Assembly (NCBI RefSeq): GCF_964355755.1
Contig: NC_092673.1
Span: 19,589,648 to 19,653,647, forward strand
Origin: Antedon mediterranea
Lineage: Eukaryota > Animalia > Echinodermata
DNA: 64,000 nucleotides
Direction of reading: 5' to 3'
The position numbers and the translations under genes are program-made. The notes under the pieces are model-generated. The model saw only the letters and a list, made by a program, of their open reading frames with translations. It was not told the origin of the DNA and made no database searches. Position 1 is the stretch's first letter. Each line of letters opens with the position of its first letter. This document shows positions 39,401-50,700 of the stretch, in pieces.

Positions 39401-42400
39401 TGTTGGCTTGTTTTTATCTGGTACTACAATATATTAATTGTTACGTTCCTATTAAACATCTTAATTCTTTTGAGATTCCACTTTTAATTCACAAATTTGG
39501 AATAGAGATTGAGTGTAAATGTTACATTGTGTTTTACATTTTGTAGGGCGTAACATTTTATTTTACTATAATTCAGGAAAGTGATTTGAAAAGCTTATTA
39601 ATTATCAATTGTGAATATTGGCGCATATAATGTAATAACATATGTTAAAATTCCAATTACCTACACAACATGTATATGACGTACGTCTGTATTTGATTAT
39701 TGAAAATCTTAGTTGGGGTGGTTTTCCTGATCTCACAGATTTCCTCTCTTCATCGTATATAAATTATTAATTTCCAGTAAAATATCACTTGGTGATCGTT
39801 TCACAATTGTACATTATTTTGTTTCTTTTTTCTATTGAAATAATTATGATTGTATATTTTGTTTGTATTTTTTGTTACAGGTGATGTTGAGACAACAAGG
39901 CCAAATCCAGGTATGTTATATAATTATATTATGATAATGCTTGAGATTAATTTCTTTTTCAATAATGTTTTATGAAGAACTTAACTCAAGCTTTAATTAT
40001 TTAATTTTTTATTTGTTTCATCACATGCCGGGACAGGTGTTCCTTCCAGTACAGATGTGTCTTCTGGTGCAGGTGTGTCTTCTGATACAGGTGTGTCTTC
40101 TGGTACAGGTGCATCAGACCAATGTATTAGGCAAGGTAATAATACTCTTCAGTTACAGTACTAATGTACTTACATTTAGAAAAATAAGTAAAAAAATAAG
40201 GGTTTTCTCAAATCTATCATGTTTACTGTATCTGTACGGTGACTTTTAGCTGATACAAGATTGATACGAGTTTGTACCTTGGTCTGATGGCTTAAAAATA
40301 TATAATCTGAATCATCATGTTTCATTTAAAATGGTTACTTCTTATAAATTGGTTGTAAACATACTAATATTCATGTTATTAGTGATAGGTTATGGTGACT
40401 AGAAGAATATAATTAATTTGTTGCAGAAACAAGAAATCCGTTGACAGAAAAGTTTAATGTGTTAAATGATGATCTCAGTGAAGTCTTTACGAAGAATAAG
40501 AGAAAGTCTTTGTCTATGTAGAGCATCTTGTGTATATGTTTGTCTTATATGTTCTAGTGCAGTATATGGAGAGCCATCTCGATAGTGCTTTGCACTCATG
40601 GCAATCCTCAGGGTGCTGCACCGCTGTGTTGTCATGTATGTTTGCCTGAAAATAAAATAAAATAAAAAATAAAATAAAGTTACTTTTTTTGAGATGTTGT
40701 CTATCTCAGCACGTTGAATTACAGGTCCTTGGCAATAAACATTACAAAGCAAAAGATTATTTTAATGACCTCTCTGATAAAGCAAAGATTAAACCTACTG
40801 ATGTCAGCCTTCTGCTGGAGATTGCAAGGCTATCCGAAATTCAGGAAGCTGAAGATGTTGTACAACAGTACATGAGAGACAACAATGTTCAAAATACTGA
40901 TCAACATAGATTGTCTCCGTATAGAAAGAGGTTGTGCAAGGCATTGACACAGTTTAACCCAAATGAATTAAATAGAATTAATGCTTTTTATGAGTTGGAA
41001 TTACCAACCATTTGGGATTTAACATTTGAGTTGGAGAGGAAAGGAAAATTAAGAGATGAATCACAAAGAAAAAAGTTTGCAGATCTTCTTGGAGCAATCC
41101 CAAAGGAAATATTATGTAAGTCAATTTATGTAATTTATAACCATACTATAAATCTAGGAAAAATAAATAATAAAAAATAAAATATATATAATTAAATTAA
41201 AGAAAGGAAAACAACAAGTTATACATTATTTTAATAATGCCTAATAACCAGTCAAAGATTTTTTAAATTATTTTCTATTTCTTTCCGTTTTAACTTTATT
41301 TTGACCCAGTCATTGTTCAGCACATTATACGATGAATCAATTGATCAAATGCAAAATCTGATAGTGATTCAGACATGTGAAGTCTCAAAAAAGCTATACC
41401 CCAGTGGTTAGAATTATACCACACTTTTCAAATCTCATAATAGTAATTACCATACCCTCTAATGATATATAATTTTGTTTACTAATCAATGAATGTTACA
41501 TTTATACCAAACAAAAATATTACTGCACATACTGACATGCTATGGTATTATAATATTACCAAAATATGTTTTTACAGATGGACAAGATGATTTCAGTTTT
41601 GCATCACTGCAGTCTGTCAACCGAAGCAGTCAACAAGGTATGATCTATTAAAGATATATTGTCACCCTGAAAAAAAATTTTTTTTTATAAATATTTTTGT
41701 TGAATATGCTATTTTATGTCACATAATCGTTATTCAGTTTGACCAACAATTGGATCAGATAAAAAAATAATGATTTACCTGAAAAATTGTAATTTAAAGC
41801 TATAAATAGTCAAATTGACTGGAAGTGAATGGGTTTTTTGTTGAATTTAAATGTTTATTTTTGTTTTGAGTGAAGTGAGTGTGAAAACATTACTTTTTTA
41901 AATTTTACTGAAGTGATAGGCCTAAACTTTATTAAAACTGCAAAATGGCCTATTCAAAGCATATTATATTAATCTTTAAAATACATACAAACATGTGTAT
42001 AAATATGAAATTGCAGTTGTACTGTGTCAATTATTTTGCCAATTACTAGATGAAAAGTATATTTAATTAACCCAGAATTAAACAAATGACCCACACCACA
42101 CCAATATTTTGGTTCCTTTAATTGTTCAGTCAGCAAAAATACTGAAATAATATATGTCAACACTGAACTGTTCTTGTACATTACATTTTCTATTGTAAAA
42201 TTTTATGCATCTTTCCTACAAATTGTTTTAGTCCTAAATTCATCAAACTGTTTAGTTAGATATTTTATTTATTTATTTATAAACATATTTTACATGGATA
42301 CAATATTTATTTACACATATAAATTACAAGATGAAAACTACAAACTGTGATAAAAATAAGAAAATAGAAACATTTTATCAAATCTTGGCATAATGTGTAT

Positions 42401-43570
42401 ACTTGGAAATCAGCGCCATCTAATTTTATTTTGACAAACACAAATTCACTGAATTTGTGCCATGTAATGGTGAAATTGTTTGCAATTCTGATGGTTTTAA
42501 ATTTTTAGGAAGTTTAACACAAGTGAAATGTTTAGTTATGTATACATTAACAAATAATACAATCTTATTTTAATCATTCATTATTTCAGGTTCACAGCAA
42601 CCACATAGGTAAGTGTTATCTTTATGAGTAATCTCACACTATAGTAGTGTAAATATGCAATTAGAGCACCAATGGTACAGAAACAATTTTATATTGTTAT
42701 TGTGACTTTAATATTAATTCTCAGTACATATATTCTGGATATATTCCACAATGACAATATAGCCTACTTAGATTAGAGTAAACTGTAACATTTGACATCC
42801 CCGAGGGAATGATATTTTTCTCAAGGAACTATATATTTTCCTGAAACAAGGCTGAGGGAAATATCATTTCCAGTGGGATGTCAAATGTTGTCATTCACCA
42901 ATATAAAATGTGATATTTGTTTTATGATATAGCCAAATATCAGTAGACCTGGCTGGGTATGCCAACTCATCTGCTGGGTCTGTCGGCTTTTCGGGTATGT
43001 CCCTATCAAGCCAGGTCAAAATCACATTTGGTATAGGCCTTTGTTATAAAGTTTAAAGACTAGATGTTCGACTTATTGATCGGAAGGAGTGTGCTCCTTC
43101 TAATAAACAGAGGTGTCCCCTGCACATAAAAGTTTATAATCCAACCAATCCCAAGTTGCTGCACATAAATTACTCTTTCAATATAATACTAGTCCTCAAA
43201 AGTAAACAGAATTTACAGTCAAAATAAACTCGATGTTTACAATCCACAAAACGGTAGCCATTTCAACCAATCACGTTCATGTATTTACATAAGTTATATA
43301 GAACATTATCCATAACTTGATCCATGATTAAAATTGTTTGATTGATTAATTATTATGCATCATCTTAATTCAATATTTATAAATAAAACAACAAGTTAAA
43401 GAAACAATTTGGGACATGCTAAGAAATGTTCATAAAATTAACATTTCATCAATATCTTTTGAATTTATTTATGTGATCTATTTACAGTGCTAAGCAAATA
43501 AACCAATTCTTAATGAATTTTTAATTTTGTGTATATATCTTTATTTAAAGGAGACAAAGGATACCGACAG
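35985..43570 (+). CDS. Gene C N-terminal part: tandem DED - ZU5 - UPA - linker - tandem DED - linker (UNC5/PIDD-like ZU5-UPA death-fold protein); disrupted by an insertion at 40501-40679
   Basis: Exons 35985(ATG)-36486, 37495-38027, 38584-38724, 39109-39250, 39881-39910, 40037-40135, 40427-41115, 41578-41637, 42590-42608, 43551-43570; all GT-AG and phase-compatible; no terminal exon found. Confidence 0.8.
37495..38027 (+). CDS. Gene C ZU5 domain exon and start of UPA
   Basis: VDSTGGTLHL..I.LEI...AI, ISPIIKCGPEGTTFNKPISLSFPH, LNHFSWY. Confidence 0.9.
40427..41115 (+). pseudogene. Second tandem-DED exon of gene C, interrupted by a 179-bp insertion
   Basis: Joining 40500 to 40680 gives VFTKNKLLFLRCCLSQHV, colinear with HYRGDKYKWLRFFLFDHV of the first DED exon; downstream ORF 40689-41180 with DVSLLLEIA, LSPYRKRL, IWDL..ELE. 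Confidence 0.8.
40501..40679 (+). mobile_element. 5'-truncated retroelement 3' end with (AAAAT)n tail, inserted in a coding exon
   Basis: Non-coding 179 bp ending AAAATAAAATAAAATAAAAAATAAAATAAAG; introduces TAG at 40519-40521. Confidence 0.75.
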
Positions 43571-43864
43571 GTAATTTAACCATTCTATTTTTAACTCCTG
43601 ACGCATTTTAAAGTTTTATTTCTCTTGAAAAACTAAATGCAATTTAGGATATGATACGATATTATTTATTTTCATTTTAACAACATGGTTCAAATGAAAT
43701 TTGGTTCGTTTGTAAGAAAAATAAACGATTACCTAATAAACAATTTTGTCATTTCCAAAAATATAAATTTATATGAATGTTGTATTTTTAACTAATTAAG
43801 CCAATTAAAATGATATTTAATAATAATTGCATGCATGCAATATACCAGATTTAAGGAATTGGAA

Positions 43865-44115
43865 CATTACATGACATAAATGTGGCACGGTAAACATCTT
43901 TTCTTGGCAAAATATATTGATATATGTCAGCCATGTCTGACGGCTCCTCGAAAATGCAATGATGGATCGCCATGTACGTCGGATTTGGAGCATTACATGA
44001 CATAAATGTGGCACGGTAAACATCTTTTCTTGGCAAAATATATTGATATATGTCAGCCATGTCTGACGGCTCCTCGAAAATGCAATGATGGATCGCCAAG
44101 TACGTCGGTCTTCAG
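43865..44115 (-). repeat. 126-bp tandem duplication, possibly including an RTE-LINE 3' fragment
   Basis: Two near-identical units at 43865 and 43991; reverse-strand EDRRTWRSII resembles RTE ORF C-termini. Confidence 0.7.
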
Positions 44116-44701
44116 TTAGATGATATATGCTATGTTGCCCAATTAATAGTTTTATTCTGGTCAACCCATGACTTTGGACGTCCTGACCTCCGAGCTTACT
44201 CGATTGTATAACATGCAAAAATATCTTTTCTATAGCCAACATATAATAGCGTTTTTCTTTAAACCTATTATTTTAATACCACAGAATACTGGAATTTATT
44301 TTCATCAATGTTTTTGGTTCTGATACAGATGGTTATGAAGTATATCATAGACTATGTAAGCAAACCATGGAATGATGGGACAAAGAAAAAGACGATTATA
44401 ATTTAGTCATTATTCAAACCATTAAATCACTTAGGAGGAGGACGACCATTTTTAGGGTTAATCTCTAGGATGCTCTCTAGGGTATTCACAATGTCGTGCA
44501 ACATACACTCGGCTGCGCCACATCTCCCCTATTGCATCCTGACTTGTGCATTATTTGTTTGAAAAACATAGTTATGTTTGGGATGGGGTATGGGACGTTA
44601 CTAACTAATTAAATCTAAATATTTAAAGCCCAAAATTGTCACAATATTATCAAGACCAGCATAATCAGTACCATAATTATGTTTTACTTTTCACATTTCA
44701 G

Positions 44702-47700
44702 TTGTGGAAAGAGTTCTTGCACATGGTCACAAGATACAACAGTGTCCTCTTGTTGTTAAACGCCCAAGCAAAGAGTGGAAGTTTAAAGATTGTTTGGATA
44801 AATTGGTAGAAGTACATGGATGTGATGAAAACATCACTAAAAATATTTTGCAAATGTATTTTGAATCAAATAGATCAGGTGGTAATGGTGAAGATGTTAA
44901 CGTCGAGTATGATGAAGATAGAAATGTGTGGACGGTCAAGTTTTCAAGTTCTGAAGGTAATTTAGGTCTTTATATGTTGTGAAATATTCATTCAGATAAA
45001 AAAAACTTTAAACAATTTAGCTTATCTTTAGGTGAAGGTAATATCAATAAAATACTACCATTTCTTTGCTTAAAATATATACAAATATTTATTTATGCAA
45101 TTAGTTTATACTGCCTTAAAATTATTTATCCCCACAATTCTAACATATAATATTTCAGGTTTTTTTTTTCTTTTTTTATTGATAGGCCTATAATATTTTT
45201 TTAAACACTTATATGATGCCTTCTTAATATATTAAATTCCATTATGATCCTGACCAAAATAATTATAAACTATTATTGATATTATAATTCCAACTGCAAC
45301 AACTAATTAACAAATTGCATACTGCATAATACTGTACAGTTGCATTTAAATTATATATTATATTGCTCTTCAGTTGCTGATAGAGTCTTGAAAAAGTCTC
45401 ATAAATTGAGAAGTGAGTATATTACAGTTGTGAGGCCAAAACCAAAAATGATTAGCAACAAGAAAGCAAAAATACAGGAAGATGAAGACGCTGTTCCATT
45501 GTTAGTGGAGAATGTGGATTCCTCAATATCTGAGGAGCATTTGAGACTGTATTTTGAGAGCAAGAAATCTTGTGGAGGACCAATTGCTTTAATGCAGAAG
45601 AATCTGAAAGTTACTGGTAGTTGGATCATACAATTTCAACAAAATGGAGGTACATTTTGCTTTCACATGTTTTTTCCGCTTTAATCATGAACTAATTTTT
45701 ATCATGAAAAATGTTTTCACAGAAAAAAATATGATATTTACTAATAAAAATAAAAAAATACCCTACTGAGTGTGACCAATCAAAGATTTTTAAGTTTGTA
45801 TCTATAAAATCATGCCTATTTTCCTTCCCAATATACCCTGACATTTTGTATGTTAGTGTCCAGGGAACTAGAAGCTCTGTTTTTCAAAATGACAGTAGCT
45901 CCAGTCATGGTGTAGCTAATGTCCTGTAGTGTAGTTTTTTTAAGGTACAGTATATAGGGTGTTCACAGGTTCTTACCATAGATTATAGTAACTCAAAAAT
46001 TATTATCTTTGACCGAAGGCCTCTGTGTTATGCAGCTGGCTCCGCCCCAGACCCTTTTGACGCCCAAACAACCAATCCCAGCGCCACCACTTTTGGGAAT
46101 AACAGATATGTTGATATTTTCACATTGACATGGCTTGATTGCTTGTTCATTACTATAAATTATAATGTAAAATACCCTATGTACTAATAACATTTCAAGA
46201 AAATCATTTTAACCTTGGGGTAATGCAAGGGCATAGCTTAAATGCTACAATTATTAAATAATGGGGATATGGAATAATAATTTAATATGGAATGTTGTTC
46301 TTTATTATGCAGTAAAATGTTTTCATTATGATAAAGCCTGTACGAAAAGTACTGTTTTGAAAGAGCCTATAAGTATAATCATATAATAATGTAATTATTA
46401 TAACATGTATTACAATTATGTATAATTTTAGTTGCTGAGGCAGTGGTTCAAAGGGAGAACCATGAGCTGTCTGGAAAAAGATTGAAAGTTAGACTTGGAA
46501 TGAAGCAAGTTAAAAGGCCACTCAGTAAACATAGTTTGCTGATTACTGATCTTCCAAAGAAATTAAATGAGGAAATGTTTGATCTCTATCTGGAAAAAGT
46601 GACTTCAATGAGTGAACCAACAGTCAAGTTGGGAAAAGATCCTACAAAAGCTATGGTGACTTTCACAGACCCTATCAATGGTAATACATTACAATATTCA
46701 CCTTGGTCAGATATATTTTAACATTTTTATAATAAGTGCCCAAATATGTTTTACATAAAGCATTGTAGCAATATAAAGATATTGTTTTCACTAATAGCAA
46801 TATTTTTTCAGACAAGAGCTGTCGCAATAGCAAATCCAAATGGCTAAAAGCAACTGTGACTGTTATGGTATCTGATACACTTTCCCTAATGTACTGTTTT
46901 GTTTATATTTTTGTTATTAACAGATATTGATAAGGTGATATTGAACATTAAAAATGAGAAACTGTCTGGTGTAGTAATCAATGCAAAGAAAGTGTTTGAT
47001 GTCGACACAATCGCTGTGAAGAACTTGGACAAGTCATGTACTGAGGAGATGCTGAAACTTTATTTTGAAAATCCTAAAAGTGGTGGAGGACTGATTCTAG
47101 ATACAAATCTGGAAAAGGGAACAATACAATTTGCAGACTACCAAGGTATGGACAATTTATGAAATAAAAACACAAGCAAACATTTGAGATTATCAAACAA
47201 TTATCTCCTTCAGAGGGCATTAAAACTTGAGATTGTACATATACAAACAAATATTGATATAATTAAAAATCCATATTGTAAAACCTAAGACTTAAAAGTC
47301 AGGTGTGGGCAAAACAATTGTATTGATCATGCATTCCAATTATTATCGATTTATAGTTTCCCCTAAAATGTTTTATAATTTTTGGGACTTTATTTGTGTT
47401 GCACAAACTTGTTGAAAATAAATACTTTCTTATCAGTGGGGGATAGTTCAAATTGTGACACAGTAAAATGTTTATTCTTTTGTACACAAATGTTGTAATA
47501 GATGCATTTTTAAAAAACTATGAAAAATAAACGGTGTAGTAAAAAATGTTATCACATGACTAATATTGGTAATATAATTTTAATGTTACGTTTTGATGTT
47601 TTTATTCAACTTCTTCAGGTTTATTTTGGCCCTATAGCAAAAATGATCCACCGTATACCCACCATTTTTTTTCACTTTCTGGGAGTCATCAGATATGTTA

Positions 47701-50700
47701 TTACATTAGATTAAACTACAGAAGAAAAAGTCTGTCTGATTTTTATACCACAATTTTTATATAATAAATTTAATTAAAATTTTGTATTTGACCATTTTAA
47801 GGGAAATTCCTATTTTTTTGTCATGATTTCAGTTACACGTTTGATTAATGTACAATTAATCAAATATTCATTCTCAATTCTGAGGACGATCAAAGCATAT
47901 TGATCGAAACGTCGAGAAACTCAACAGTTCTTTTCAGAACGAATACATGTGGTCTACCGCAAACTTTATATCAACATAATCAGATATCATATTTAAAATT
48001 CATGTATTAAATTTATGAATAATTTATAGTTTTTGTAAACATAAAGTATATGCAGTGTGTTAAATTTCAATAAATGTTAAAAATTAAGATCCAGCTAGAT
48101 TGTAAGACTTATCTTGTGAACCAAATTCAAAACATATTTGAACAATGCACCCTTTTCATAATTCATGAAAATCTGCTTTAAAAAATACTGTTACTTCTAA
48201 GGTTAAAAAATTACATAAAATCGTATGGTTTTATTGCTGTGACTTTTCATTAGCAACTAAAATTCCATGAAAAAACTATTCTTTTATTTATGATTTCAGT
48301 TGTAAAGTCAGTCTGCAAAAAGAAACACACACTTCAAAAAAAAGATCTCGAAATTCGCCTATGCTATGATGAAATTGGTGAAGTCGTGTCAGAGGTCTCT
48401 CAATGGACACCAGATCCAGTTTGTGTCAAGGTTGATCCTTACCTTTTGACCTTTGCATGTAAGAATCAAGAGTTCATGAATGAACTATATGCTGCTGGAA
48501 TACTGGTACAGTTTGAAGAAGGTTCTCCTAATGTGAACTTAAGTGTTGATTCTGAATTTGACCTTAAAAGTATTCATGATTGGGACGACTATGCTACAAG
48601 CACTTTCAAACGCCTCTGTGACCAATTTGATGCAAAGTGGTTGGACATTGGTGATGAATGCTTTGAAGATTTCCAGCCATACATTGCAAAGGCAAAGATG
48701 GAAGGTGTGGAATTGCAACTAGATGACTCGTCACCATCCCTTATAATTTTAGGAGTAAGGCATATTGTTGATAACACATTCCAACAGCTTGCACAACAAC
48801 TCAAGATCATGAATGACGAAATCAAAAGAAAGAAAGACATAGTAGTGAAATCTGAAGAGTGTAAAGCCTTAAAAATGAAAAAAATTCATTTGCTTAATTT
48901 TGAAGAAACTTCTAAGAGTAAATTTGGAGTAGATTTTGTTGTCGATGATAATAGCAGTACAATAATATTTAAAGGACTTCCTGGTGACATAAATGATGCG
49001 ACTTTGTGTCTTTACAAAGATCTAGAGAATATTGCCGAAACCTCTTTCCTGTGTGAATCTGCTGAGATTCGTAAATTTCTGATGAAATTCTATGATGAAG
49101 TCATACGTGTTCAAAGGGAAAACCATCTCCACATTGAATATGTTGTAGAGGAAAACCGTGTGAAGGTGTATTCTGCTTCTCTTGACCATGCCAAGGCTGC
49201 AAGATCATCTATTGGGAAATTGATAAAATGCCAGAAATATACACTTTCAAATGATGAAATTAAAGTAATGAAATCAGCTGAAGGCAAATTATTATTTGAG
49301 GAATTTTACAAAAATAAATCAACCGTCGGAATTTCTCAATCAGAAGATGAAACCTGCATTATGATTACAGGATTTGACAGTTTTGTCGATCAAGTTATCA
49401 GCAAGCTGGATAAATTCCTACGAGCCAACCTGATATTAGAAAAAAAAAGAACTGTGGACAAAGGAGTAGTTATGTTACTAAAAAATCATCATTCACAAGA
49501 AATTTCTGCTATAGAAAAGGCTTGGGAAGAATTCTTTGTGGAGTTAATAATACCGAATTCAGACCTTGGTTATATCATAATCAAAGGTAATCCTAGTGGA
49601 ATCGATAAAGCTATTAGAGAAATAATAGTCCTTGAAAGCAAGGTGCAAACAGATGAACATGTGATATCACAACCAGGAATGGCAAGTTTCTTTAAAGAAG
49701 AGAAAGGAATAAAAAAAATGATGGGTGTGGAAAATGACTTCAAATGTATTGTAGAGGTCGATGGCAAGTTCACAAGCAGTGAATCAATGCAAGTACTGTT
49801 ACGACACAGGTTGCAAAGAGGAGTTGAGTTGATCATATGCAAAGCAGATATGACTAAAATGAATGTTGATGCTATTGTCAATGCTGCAAATAAACAACTT
49901 TTACATAGCGGCGGATTAGCTAAAGCTATTGTTGATGCAGGTATATTAATTTCTTTTGTATACAGAATTTTTATGTTCAATTTAAAATTCAAATTCAATT
50001 TATTTTCAATGCTACCAAAGTAGTGATAATGCTACCAAAGTAGTGTTATATGCCTTTTTTCTCTTCAAAAAAAATTATAATCAACTAGATGGTGCATTTG
50101 GAAATTATTATGATTGATTTCAATTTTATTTCTCACACTTGCATCCACTGCTTTTTTATTTCTAATAAAATTCCATATTAGGAGGAAAAGAAATACAGAT
50201 AGAAAGTGACAAGATAATAGCAAGTAGAAGTAAGCTTCTGTCAGGAGAGGTTGTTTTAACCAATGCTGGGAATCTCCCATGCAAAAAGATTATTCACACG
50301 GTTGGACCAACATAAAAAAAACAGCAAAAGAAAATTATGCTCATGAAGTCAGTGACAGGTGCCTATGAAGAAGCAGCGAAATATAGATTCACTTCAATTG
50401 CAATGCCAGCAATCAGTTCTGGGATATATGGCTACCCCTTAGCACCATGTACACAGGCGATTTTAGAAGCAACTAAAGATTATTTTAAAGATAATCCTAG
50501 ATCAACACTGCAGCAAGTGTATTTCGTAAGTATTGATATCCCAGTTTGCGAAGCTTTTGAATCATCTATGAAAAGTGTCTTTATGGGGGATGAAGAAGAA
50601 TTATGTATGGCTGAAGATGATGATTTTGTTGGCTTAGAAGCAGAAGCATCTGCCACAGAAAGTAGTTCAAATTTTGGAATGAAGATAGATAATGATGTAG

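Noticed and set aside
43571-44701. Independent PARP14 start exon or promoter
   Set aside because: No ATG exon with a phase-1 donor or RRM N-terminal half found by eye; region holds a 126-bp duplication and repeat fragments. A tiny exon cannot be fully excluded
48589-49998. Minus-strand ORFs overlapping PARP14 and DED exons (also 2388, 44727, 45399, 52089, 54610)
   Set aside because: Antisense shadows of real + strand coding sequence
50313-50315. Selenocysteine or programmed read-through explanation for the internal stop
   Set aside because: Codon is TAA (not TGA) followed by A, a poor read-through context; no SECIS recognised
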